From Candidatus Micrarchaeota archaeon (GTDB lineage Archaea; Micrarchaeota; Micrarchaeia; Anstonellales; Anstonellaceae), in the NCBI GenBank assembly GCA_043810635.1, contig JBDRNY010000022.1:1-34329 (forward strand): a DNA stretch of 34,329 bases, given 5' to 3'. Positions 18,627-26,320 of this stretch are shown in pieces. Both the position numbers and the translations under genes were made by a program. Each line of letters begins with the position of its first letter. Position 1 is the first letter of the stretch. The notes beneath the pieces were generated by a model. That model was given only the letters and a program-made list of their open reading frames with translations, did no database searches and was not told where the DNA came from.

Positions 18627-19406
18627 TCAAACAATAATTTCCATTTCATCTTTTGCAGAAAAAGAATTTTCAAATATTTTTCTTGCAATTTTTTGTGCAT
18701 CATCCCTTAATTTCATATTTACATATTTGTGCGCCCCAAAATGGGTGAGAAATAATTTTTTGCAATTTGATTTTTTTGCAATTTCTGCCGCAGTTTCCGG
18801 GTTTAGGTGAGGCCATTCTTTTGGAATTTCCTCCCCCGGTAATAAGCCGCATTCTGTAATAAATACATCAGCATTTTTTGACAAAGAAATAATATTTTCG
18901 CACGGGCCGGTGTCTGTGCAATAAGAAATAATTTTCTTTTCCTTTTCTTTGTTGGTTGGAATTTCAAACCGAAATCCCCAGCATGGGTCTGCATGCACAA
19001 GCGGTGCGGTGTGCACAATATATTCATCAATATTATTTTTTCCCAAATTTAATTCATGCACACTTACATCCAACCCAATTTTCTCAAGAAGCTCGGGCGG
19101 TGCTGTAAATGGCTTGTTAATTATTGTTCGGATAATATTTGATGTGTTTTTTTGCACAAAAATTCTTATTTTATTTTTAAAATGAAACCTTGGCTGGATG
19201 TGCAGGCCAAATACATGGTCTAAGTGGAAATGGGAAATGAAAATATCAACTGGCTTGCTTTTGTCTTTTGCATATTCATCAAGGCGGTAGATGCCGTCTC
19301 CTGCATCTAATACAATATATCTTTCAGGAGTATCAATTAGGGTGCAGACAGTATTTCCAGTATTTGTTGCATACCAGCCGTTTGTTCCCAAGAATGTTAT
19401 TTTCAT
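18627..19406 (-). CDS. RNase Z/BN-like MBL-fold hydrolase
   Basis: FLGTNG, SHFHLDH, YCTDT, HLNP, LTHF. Confidence 0.85.
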   Translation of the reverse strand: MKITFLGTNGWYATNTGNTVCTLIDTPERYIVLDAGDGIYRLDEYAKDKSKPVDIFISHFHLDHVFGLHIQPRFHFKNKIRIFVQKNTSNIIRTIINKPFTAPPELLEKIGLDVSVHELNLGKNNIDEYIVHTAPLVHADPCWGFRFEIPTNKEKEKKIISYCTDTGPCENIISLSKNADVFITECGLLPGEEIPKEWPHLNPETAAEIAKKSNCKKLFLTHFGAHKYVNMKLRDDAQKIARKIFENSFSAKDEMEIIV

Positions 19407-19411
19407 TTTAC

Positions 19412-19966
19412 CTACTCCCGCCATTTTATTGAGCAGCCCATTGAAGGAAGGAAATTTTTCCTTACAAGCTTGCCAACCAATATGTCATCCAATGCATCTG
19501 CCAAATCTGAAGTTGTGGGTTGTTTGTCAGGGGAAGTTGCATCATCAAAGCGCCCATGGTACGCAAGAGACATGCTTGCATCAAATACAAAAGGGTCTGG
19601 TGTGCAGACAGCGCCATAATCTTTTGCAACTTTTTGAGAGCCGTCAAACAAATAAGGGAAGCGAATATTGCTTTTCTTGGCAAATTCCTGCATATTTTCA
19701 AATGAATCTTCAGGATAGCTGGGGTTGTTGTTTGAATTTATGCCCACAAATTCCACTTTTCTTGGACGGTAAGTGTTGTAGAGCGAATTCATTGCGCTTA
19801 TTTTTGCAATCACATACGGACAGTGGTTGCACATGAAAATTACAACTAATGCATTTGCTTCAGAAAAATCATCTAAAGTGTAAATTTTGTTGTCAGCGCC
19901 AGTCAGGGAGAAATTGGGGGCTTTTTGCCCTATTTTTAAATGCTCGCCGGATTTCATTAAAACCAT
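19412..19966 (-). CDS. Thioredoxin-fold AhpC/TSA redoxin
   Basis: FMCNHCPYV, YPEDSF, GAVCTPD, YHGRFDD, PSMGCSIKW. Confidence 0.92.
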   Translation of the reverse strand: MVLMKSGEHLKIGQKAPNFSLTGADNKIYTLDDFSEANALVVIFMCNHCPYVIAKISAMNSLYNTYRPRKVEFVGINSNNNPSYPEDSFENMQEFAKKSNIRFPYLFDGSQKVAKDYGAVCTPDPFVFDASMSLAYHGRFDDATSPDKQPTTSDLADALDDILVGKLVRKNFLPSMGCSIKWRE

Positions 19967-20026
19967 TGCATCACCAAGCCCATTAATTTCAACAATATTG
20001 ATAAATTAGACCTACTAAATATAAAT

Positions 20027-21127
20027 ATGGGAAACATCTTCCGCCAGCTGAGTGGGGAGGGAAAAATATTCAGGGATGAGAGATTTCTTCTTCCTGAATT
20101 TTTGCCAGAAGAGTTGCCGGGGCGGGAAAAAGAAATGAGAGAAATTGCCTCATATTTGCAGGCTGCTGCAAAAGGAAGGACGCCCCCGAGCATGCTTCTT
20201 ACAGGAAAGCCAGGCACAGGAAAAACAACTATTGCGAAATTATTGCTAAACCAATTAACTGAAGTATCAAGAAAGCCTTTGCCTATTTACATTAATTGCT
20301 GGGAAACTTCCACAAGGCACGGCATATTAAACAGGCTTGTAATTGAATTGGGGGATATGATACCAAGGAGGGGCATTGCAACAGATGAAATTGTAATGAG
20401 AATTGGGGAGATTGGGGGGAGGAAGCAGAATATTCCGATAATAATATTGGATGAAGTGGATAGGTTGCTTGCACCCCAAACAAGGGAAGACAGGGTGCTG
20501 TATGATTTGTCAAGGGCGCAGGAAGCGCTTGGCATTGACGCAAGCGTGATAGCTATTACAAATGAGGAAAATTTGCCTGTAAAATTGGATGAAAGGGTGA
20601 GGTCATCGCTTACAAACCATACAATTAATTTCAAGCCGTATAACCCGAATGAGTTGAGGGAGATATTGAGGGAAAGGGCGAAGATGGCATTTTGGCAAAA
20701 TACATATGACAATGATGTTATCGGCTTGTGCGCGGGCATCGGGGCAAAAGCAGGCGGGGATGCAAGGCTGACAATTCATTTGCTGTGGGCTGCCGGAAAA
20801 ACAGCTGAAAGAGAAGGGGCGAAGAAAATTTGTGTGAAGCATGTGAAAGAAGTGAAGGAAAGGTCGGTTGCGCATGCAACCACCCCTGCGGAAAGGAAAA
20901 TCGGGGATTTGGATGAAATGGATAAAAAAATAATTGAAATTATTTCAAAAGAGGAGGGAGTGGAATCAGGAAAATTATATTTGAAATTAAAGGCAAAAGA
21001 AGGGGAGCAGAGAACTGTGAGAAACAGGCTTGAAAAGCTGAAAAAAGCGCGGCTTGTTGAATGCACTGAAATAAGCAAAGGGCTGGGGCGCTCAAAAATA
21101 TGGAAAATTAAGAGAATGGGGAAATAA
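20027..21127 (+). CDS. cdc6: Second Orc1/Cdc6 paralog
   Basis: GKPGTGKT, YINCW, ILDEVD, LDERVRSSL, GGDAR; short C-terminal wHTH. Confidence 0.9.
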   Translation: MGNIFRQLSGEGKIFRDERFLLPEFLPEELPGREKEMREIASYLQAAAKGRTPPSMLLTGKPGTGKTTIAKLLLNQLTEVSRKPLPIYINCWETSTRHGILNRLVIELGDMIPRRGIATDEIVMRIGEIGGRKQNIPIIILDEVDRLLAPQTREDRVLYDLSRAQEALGIDASVIAITNEENLPVKLDERVRSSLTNHTINFKPYNPNELREILRERAKMAFWQNTYDNDVIGLCAGIGAKAGGDARLTIHLLWAAGKTAEREGAKKICVKHVKEVKERSVAHATTPAERKIGDLDEMDKKIIEIISKEEGVESGKLYLKLKAKEGEQRTVRNRLEKLKKARLVECTEISKGLGRSKIWKIKRMGK

Positions 21128-21155
21128 TATTAATGATTGGGTGGAAGGTTAGGTA

Positions 21156-21635
21156 ATGGATGCTTCTGCAAGAAAGGGTTTTAGCTTTGGCTTGACATCC
21201 AGCATTATTACGGCAATGGGATTGATGGTGGGGCTTTATTCGGGCACTGGCTCCCAGCTTGCTGTTATCGGGGGCATAGTAAGCATTGCAATAGCAGATT
21301 CGCTTTCAGATGCGCTTGGAATACACATATCAGAAGAAAGTGAGAAAAAAAATACTGCAAAACATGTTTGGAAGTCGACATATACCACATTTTTAACAAA
21401 GCTTGTGTCCACATCCACTTTTCTTGTGCCGATTTTGCTTCTTGACTTGACATCAGCAATTATTGCAGGCGCGGTATGGGGCATTTTGCTTCTTTCAATA
21501 TTAAGCTATTTTATTGCAAAAGAAAGGAGGGAAAGTGCGGCAATGGTAATTGCAGAGCATGTCGGGATTGCAATTGCAGTTGTTGTATTGACATATTTTG
21601 TCGGCGGATGGGTTGCTTCAGCATTTGGAACCTAA
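21156..21635 (+). CDS. VIT1/CCC1-like membrane protein
   Basis: SFGLTS, IADSLSDALGIHISEESE; about 5 TM helices. Confidence 0.8.
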   Translation: MDASARKGFSFGLTSSIITAMGLMVGLYSGTGSQLAVIGGIVSIAIADSLSDALGIHISEESEKKNTAKHVWKSTYTTFLTKLVSTSTFLVPILLLDLTSAIIAGAVWGILLLSILSYFIAKERRESAAMVIAEHVGIAIAVVVLTYFVGGWVASAFGT

Positions 21636-22465
21636 ATTTTTTCATATTCTTTTTTCAAAATGAGCGCATCCTTTTCCAGCAGCGGGGATTCGCATACAAT
21701 TGTTCCGGAATATTTTCTCTTTTTAAGCAATTTCAGGAGGGGTTTGAAGGGGGGGGAATTGGTTTTAATTGGAATGTGGTTTCTTTCCCCTTTTTCCGAA
21801 TAATTTATTCCTGAAAAATGGGAATGGAATTGTTTTTTATATTCTTTTCCCAACTCTTTTTCGCAGTAATTTAATATTTTTTCAAAATCTTTTTCATTCT
21901 GCAAATTCGCAACCCGCGCATGATAATGCGCAAAATCTATTACAGGAATGCATTTTTTCAATCCAAAATGCTGTGCAAGAGAAACAATTTCCTCTAAATT
22001 TCCATATGCACTCTTCTTTCCTGTTAATTCAGGCCCTAATTTTATGTTTTTCCAATTGTTTTCATGCATTATTTCATAAATTCTTTCCATTTGCTTAATT
22101 GCCCTTTTTTCGCATTCTTTGCTGCTTCTTTTTTGGTAAAATCCGGGGTGAAATACAATCGGGGAGGCATTGAGAAAATGACCTGCCCGCGCGGATTCTA
22201 TAATATGCCTTCTTGAATTTGATAATTTTTTTTCTTCATCTGAACATAAATTTATGTAATAGGGGGCGTGTATGGAAAGGGAAATATTGAGTTTTTTTGC
22301 TTTTTTTCCGATTTCTTTGGCTAATTCATCTTTCATTCTCACCCCGTGCACAAATTCTATTTCCATTGCCTTTAATCCTAAAGAGGCACAATGCTTTATT
22401 CCTTCGAGCGTGCTTGCTGGGGAAGGGGTGGATATTGGGATGCCTGCGGATGCGAATTTAAGCAT
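21632..22465 (-). CDS. nfo: Endonuclease IV (AP endonuclease family 2)
   Basis: HAPYYINL, FHPG, ELTGK, DFAH, HFSGI, GERNH, CESP. Confidence 0.9.
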   Translation of the reverse strand: MLKFASAGIPISTPSPASTLEGIKHCASLGLKAMEIEFVHGVRMKDELAKEIGKKAKKLNISLSIHAPYYINLCSDEEKKLSNSRRHIIESARAGHFLNASPIVFHPGFYQKRSSKECEKRAIKQMERIYEIMHENNWKNIKLGPELTGKKSAYGNLEEIVSLAQHFGLKKCIPVIDFAHYHARVANLQNEKDFEKILNYCEKELGKEYKKQFHSHFSGINYSEKGERNHIPIKTNSPPFKPLLKLLKKRKYSGTIVCESPLLEKDALILKKEYEKI

Positions 22466-22602
22466 AGAATAAGCACATAGTTAAATAACTAAAAGCTATT
22501 CTGATAGGTTTTTAAGTGTTAGTTTATATAATTTTAAGTAGTCAATAATTTGACCCTAGAAGAATTTTTGTATAAAAAATCTGAAATCAAATTAAACAAG
22601 GT

Positions 22603-23628
22603 GTGGCGATGAATATTATTCCAAAAAGAGAAAAGATTGGAGTTGGGATTGCAACTGCAGACAGGCATATTCTTACAAAATATTTGAGAGGGATGCAAAA
22701 CGAATTTAAGAAAAATAATATGAATGCTATATTTTCACTTGCATCAAGCGGAGAGATGAAACTAAATTCCAAAAAAGAGTTTGAAAAAGCATTTAAAAAC
22801 ATAAAAATTTTGGAAGAGAATGTGCCTATAGGACAGAGCGTAATAAATGCGATAAACTCAGTGGAAAAAGAAACAAACAAAATAATTATAACATGCGATG
22901 ATTTTGACCATTTAATAAAAGAAATGCCAAAGCTTGCCAACAAAATTGGAGGAAAATACCAGATGGTTCTTGGTTCTTGGGATAAGGATGCCCACATATA
23001 TTTGCCGTTTCCACTGTTTATCAACGAAGTTGCAATGTCTGTCGCAGTAACATATTCAAATGAAAAGCATCCTGCAGATTTGATGATGGCTTATGACACT
23101 AGGTTAGAGAATTATTATGAAAATTATCTGAAATTCAAGAAAAATTCGGTAGAGGAGGGGAGCTGGGTTCAGATATATATCGGATTAATTGGACTTATGT
23201 CAAATGTATGGAAAGAAATGGTTGAAACGGGAAACAAAATTTTCAAAGGGCTGGATGATTGGCATAATGTAGGCTTTGAAGCAGGAGTTACTGTTGCTGC
23301 AAGGGAAGCTGGAATCAGCATAGGATTGATGAAAGTGCCAAAGAGATGGGAGCATCCAGTATATTCCAAAGATTCTGAAAATTATAAAAAAGATGTAGAA
23401 GCATACAAGACTGGAAGACAAAACCAATTCAAGTCAGGAATTTCTGTAGTAAAATATTACATAAAGCAAAAATCTGCCAAAAAGCTTGCAACTATCGAAA
23501 AATTTGAGAAGAATATAATCAATCTTTTGGGAGAGTCTGATTTCTACTGGCCTGGAAATGAAAACCGTCCGATACCAACAATATGGAATACGTATAATGA
23601 TGTTACAAGCACGTTCAACCAAAAGTAA
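22603..23628 (+). CDS. Divergent GT-A (family 2-like) glycosyltransferase
   Basis: IGQSVINA...IIITCDDFDH...MVLGSW...GFEAGV...GISIGLMKVP follows the GT2 motif order. Confidence 0.5.
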   Translation: MAMNIIPKREKIGVGIATADRHILTKYLRGMQNEFKKNNMNAIFSLASSGEMKLNSKKEFEKAFKNIKILEENVPIGQSVINAINSVEKETNKIIITCDDFDHLIKEMPKLANKIGGKYQMVLGSWDKDAHIYLPFPLFINEVAMSVAVTYSNEKHPADLMMAYDTRLENYYENYLKFKKNSVEEGSWVQIYIGLIGLMSNVWKEMVETGNKIFKGLDDWHNVGFEAGVTVAAREAGISIGLMKVPKRWEHPVYSKDSENYKKDVEAYKTGRQNQFKSGISVVKYYIKQKSAKKLATIEKFEKNIINLLGESDFYWPGNENRPIPTIWNTYNDVTSTFNQK

Positions 23629-23630
23629 AT

Positions 23631-24641
23631 TCAAACCATCTCAAACAAATCCAATCTAAACTCCCCCCCTAATAAAAGCGCCAGCTCGCGCACTGCTACA
23701 AGGGTTATTGCAAGGGAAACAAGGGGATAGATAAATGCATACATTTGAAGCGAGCCAAGAAATGCCGACACTGATTTGTAGGGAAGAGAGGTTTGGGATG
23801 CAAGGGATTCTCCTTTTGTTGAAGAGATGTTTGCTATAATATTTGCAAATATTCCAGGCTTGTCCCAGTCAATTGCCGGCACTATTGAAAGTGTGGAAGA
23901 AAGGGAAGCCAAATCCTCTGAAACAGAATTATAGGAAGAGGTGAGGGCAGTATCATGGGATGCAAATGCAAAAAATGCAAGAGGGTAGATTATGAAAAAG
24001 CCTATTGCGCCTGCCATTATTGCCCCGCCAAGCTTTCGGGTGGCAAAGAAGAGGCGGAGGAGCAAGCCTATTGGAAGGAAAAGGGAAAATGCGGTGTATG
24101 CAATAAAATAAAGCGATTGTTTTTGCACTTCTAGCAAAGAGGAGAGGGAGGAAATTTGCCCGGACCAGGAAGAGTAGGTGGAAGAGGAATATTGAAGGGC
24201 TGAAAAGGGGGAGGAAGAAATTACATTTGCATTAATTTGAACAGATGCAAGCGAGGAAAGGGAAAATGACTGCTTGTTAAGTGAAGAGGAAACTTCACCG
24301 CTTTTGTTAATAGAATCTTCAAGCACGCATAAAGAGTAGGCAAGGGGGGAATTTTCAATATTTGAAGGGCCGGGGCATTTTAATATTATGTCTTCTGATG
24401 ATAATTCAGATGTGGCACTACTTAGCAATGCAGCTCCGCCTACAATAGCCCCAAGCAAGGCGGCATTAATTATGGATTGTGCCAATTCTTCAACACCCCA
24501 GCCCCATAATTTTCTGCTTCCAACCGCACGGGAAATTCCAAGCACTAATGCCGAAATAACAATGCTAATTATGACAATGTTGATTGCAAATGTGTATACT
24601 GGCGAAACCGGGGACAAATCCACAACCATTGCAGAGGGCAT
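23631..24641 (-). CDS. CedA/VirB6-like polytopic membrane protein
   Basis: True start MPSAM at 24641 (SD AGGT); N-terminal TM hairpin with KLWGWGVEEL; LPIGLLLRLFFATRKLGGAIMAGAIGFFIIYP re-entrant-type segment. Confidence 0.5.
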   Translation of the reverse strand: MPSAMVVDLSPVSPVYTFAINIVIISIVISALVLGISRAVGSRKLWGWGVEELAQSIINAALLGAIVGGAALLSSATSELSSEDIILKCPGPSNIENSPLAYSLCVLEDSINKSGEVSSSLNKQSFSLSSLASVQINANVISSSPFSALQYSSSTYSSWSGQISSLSSLLEVQKQSLYFIAYTAFSLFLPIGLLLRLFFATRKLGGAIMAGAIGFFIIYPLAFFAFASHDTALTSSYNSVSEDLASLSSTLSIVPAIDWDKPGIFANIIANISSTKGESLASQTSLPYKSVSAFLGSLQMYAFIYPLVSLAITLVAVRELALLLGGEFRLDLFEMV

Positions 24642-24656
24642 AGAAAATACCTTTAC

Positions 24657-24921
24657 GAAATTGCGAGCGGGAAAGCCTGCTCCGTTTAGGAGCATGAGGG
24701 AAGCGAGTCAAATTATCCCAACCACTGGAAACCCACCCCCAAAAAGTATATATACCCTGTATAAATTATATATTCATAGGGCTGGGCACGCCCGAATTTA
24801 AGCTTGTGGAGAAAGGAACAAAAGTTCCCCTGTGAAGCAAGAACTATAAATCGAATACAGATTTGTTTTTTGTTTGTATTCGGGTGGAAACCCTTCGCAT
24901 TTGTGCGGGGGAGGATGTCAC
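24657..24921 (+). mobile_element. Non-autonomous IS200/IS605 (IS608-like) miniature element, 265 bp
   Basis: Follows TTAC (24653-24656); AAAG at +16..+19; left hairpin TGCTCC-GTTTA-GGAGCA; right hairpin CCTTCGCA-TTTG-TGCGGGGG; ends GAGGATGTCAC; removal restores a compact operon junction. Confidence 0.85.
24741..24754 (+). promoter_or_regulatory. BRE/TATA promoter inside the miniature element
   Basis: AAAAAG-TATATATA about 25 nt upstream of the structured region starting near 24778. Confidence 0.55.
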
Positions 24922-24941
24922 ACAAGAAGATTAGCAGAAGA
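24778..24941 (+). ncRNA. TnpB omega-RNA-like scaffold plus flanking guide (ACAAGAAGATTAGCAGAAGA)
   Basis: Hairpins GGGC/GCCC, GGAAC/GTTCC, CGAATACAGA/TTTGTATTCG and the right-end stem; TGAAG-N-GAACTATAAATC block shared with the second copy at the window end. Confidence 0.65.
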
Positions 24942-25166
24942 TTTTGCAATTAATTCTGCAGCACCGACAATTGCAGCAATTATAATTCCCCCAACAACTA
25001 TTCCGATTCCAAGGGATTGGTATTTTCCCCTTGTTTGCGCAGGCTGGGTTTGCGCAATTCCATATACGAGCCCGCCGATAACAATAAGTATTACTGCCAC
25101 ATTTGGGCCCAAATCAAGAAGGTCTAATTTTATTGATTCTATTAAATTGAAAAGGCCGGATGCCAT
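24918..25166 (-). CDS. VirB2/TrbC/CedA1-like pilin
   Basis: 82 aa, two hydrophobic helices separated by the short basic loop QTQPAQTRGKYQ. Confidence 0.6.
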   Translation of the reverse strand: MASGLFNLIESIKLDLLDLGPNVAVILIVIGGLVYGIAQTQPAQTRGKYQSLGIGIVVGGIIIAAIVGAAELIAKSSANLLV

Positions 25167-25169
25167 GTA

Positions 25170-25697
25170 CTACCTCTCCGCTCTCTTCAGAAGCACCACT
25201 ATAAGTGCGCCTCCGATTGTTGAAAGCAATGTGGATGCTGCCACTAATACAATAAACGCCCCTACAAGCCCTGTCAGGCCGGGCAATATGGCGCCAAAAG
25301 GCATAAACCCGCCCATAAGCCCTGAAATTACAAGCACAATCGTCCCCAAAAACGAGCCTGCAAGAGCTGAAACAAATGACACTAATACGCTGGCACGCAA
25401 AGAAAGCCTTGCATCATCCCTCACTTTTTCCAATATGAGGGAGCCGATTATGCCAATAACAATAGGCAATACGCATATTACAGGAAGGTAGGTAGCGGCA
25501 AACACATTGTTTGCCCCGCCAATATTTGTATAAATATTCAGTATTCCTGTGCCGAGTATGAAAATGAAGAATATTGCCGCCCCGGGAATTGATGAAAATA
25601 TTACTTCTATTACAGCACGCAAAAGGTTGTTTGAAATAAACTTAAAAAGCCCCTTACCTGCGCCACTTGTTCCGATACCAGAAAGTGCTCCTGCCAT
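25170..25697 (-). CDS. Hypothetical membrane protein (about 4-5 TM)
   Basis: Gly/Ile/Leu-rich; stop 3 nt from the pilin start, pilin SD GAGGT in its 3' end. Confidence 0.7.
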   Translation of the reverse strand: MAGALSGIGTSGAGKGLFKFISNNLLRAVIEVIFSSIPGAAIFFIFILGTGILNIYTNIGGANNVFAATYLPVICVLPIVIGIIGSLILEKVRDDARLSLRASVLVSFVSALAGSFLGTIVLVISGLMGGFMPFGAILPGLTGLVGAFIVLVAASTLLSTIGGALIVVLLKRAER

Positions 25698-25728
25698 AGG
25701 ATAATAATCCAGACGCCATATTTAAAAC

Positions 25729-26265
25729 TTAGTCCTCATCAAATTCCAAAAATTTGCTAAAACAATCCAGATATTCTTCTTCCCCTCCCCCCCTGTGCTT
25801 GGTATAATAGCCCCTTGATGCCTGGGAAACATGAAAGCACGCCTCTCCATAGGCAAGCTTCAGCCTCATAAGGGAAGTGTCGTCAAAAGAGTCTAGGGAA
25901 ACAAGGCTGTACAAATCTTCAAGCTGCTGCAATGCCATCCTTCCTGAAAAGGTGAGCTTTGCCTCTTTGCCCATTTTTGAAAGAAGTGCGATTATTCTCA
26001 TTACAAATATTCTCACTGTGCACTTGAGCGCTTCAACTCTAGTCTGCCTTCTTTTTGCTTTTCTTCCTGCAAGCCCGGTGTCAAATTCTGGAAGCACGAT
26101 TGTTTTCAAAAATTCCTCCCTATATTTTGGGCTTACTGTTTCATGCTTTTGGTGGGCAATATCCTGCGAAAGAAAATACCTTGACATGCCGGTTTTTTCT
26201 ACATCATCATAAGAATAGACAACAGAGCGCTCTGTTAAAGATGTTTTTTTCTTGTGCAAACCCAT
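25729..26265 (-). CDS. Hypothetical protein
   Basis: 178-aa ORF with upstream TTTATATA and GGTG; no recognisable motif. Confidence 0.6.
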   Translation of the reverse strand: MGLHKKKTSLTERSVVYSYDDVEKTGMSRYFLSQDIAHQKHETVSPKYREEFLKTIVLPEFDTGLAGRKAKRRQTRVEALKCTVRIFVMRIIALLSKMGKEAKLTFSGRMALQQLEDLYSLVSLDSFDDTSLMRLKLAYGEACFHVSQASRGYYTKHRGGGEEEYLDCFSKFLEFDED

Positions 26266-26320
26266 CCACCAACACCATCTAGAGAAAAAAGAGGGGCGAG
26301 ATATATAAATGAAATGGTTT

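Noticed and set aside
24642..24695. N-terminal extension MLLNGAGFPARNFVKVFS of ORF 23631-24695
   Set aside because: Mostly encoded by the inserted element's left end; the SD-supported start is at 24641
24718..24740. CCACTGGAAAC resembling an ORB core
   Set aside because: Single copy, inside the mobile element, followed by a C-run rather than a G-string, and not adjacent to either cdc6
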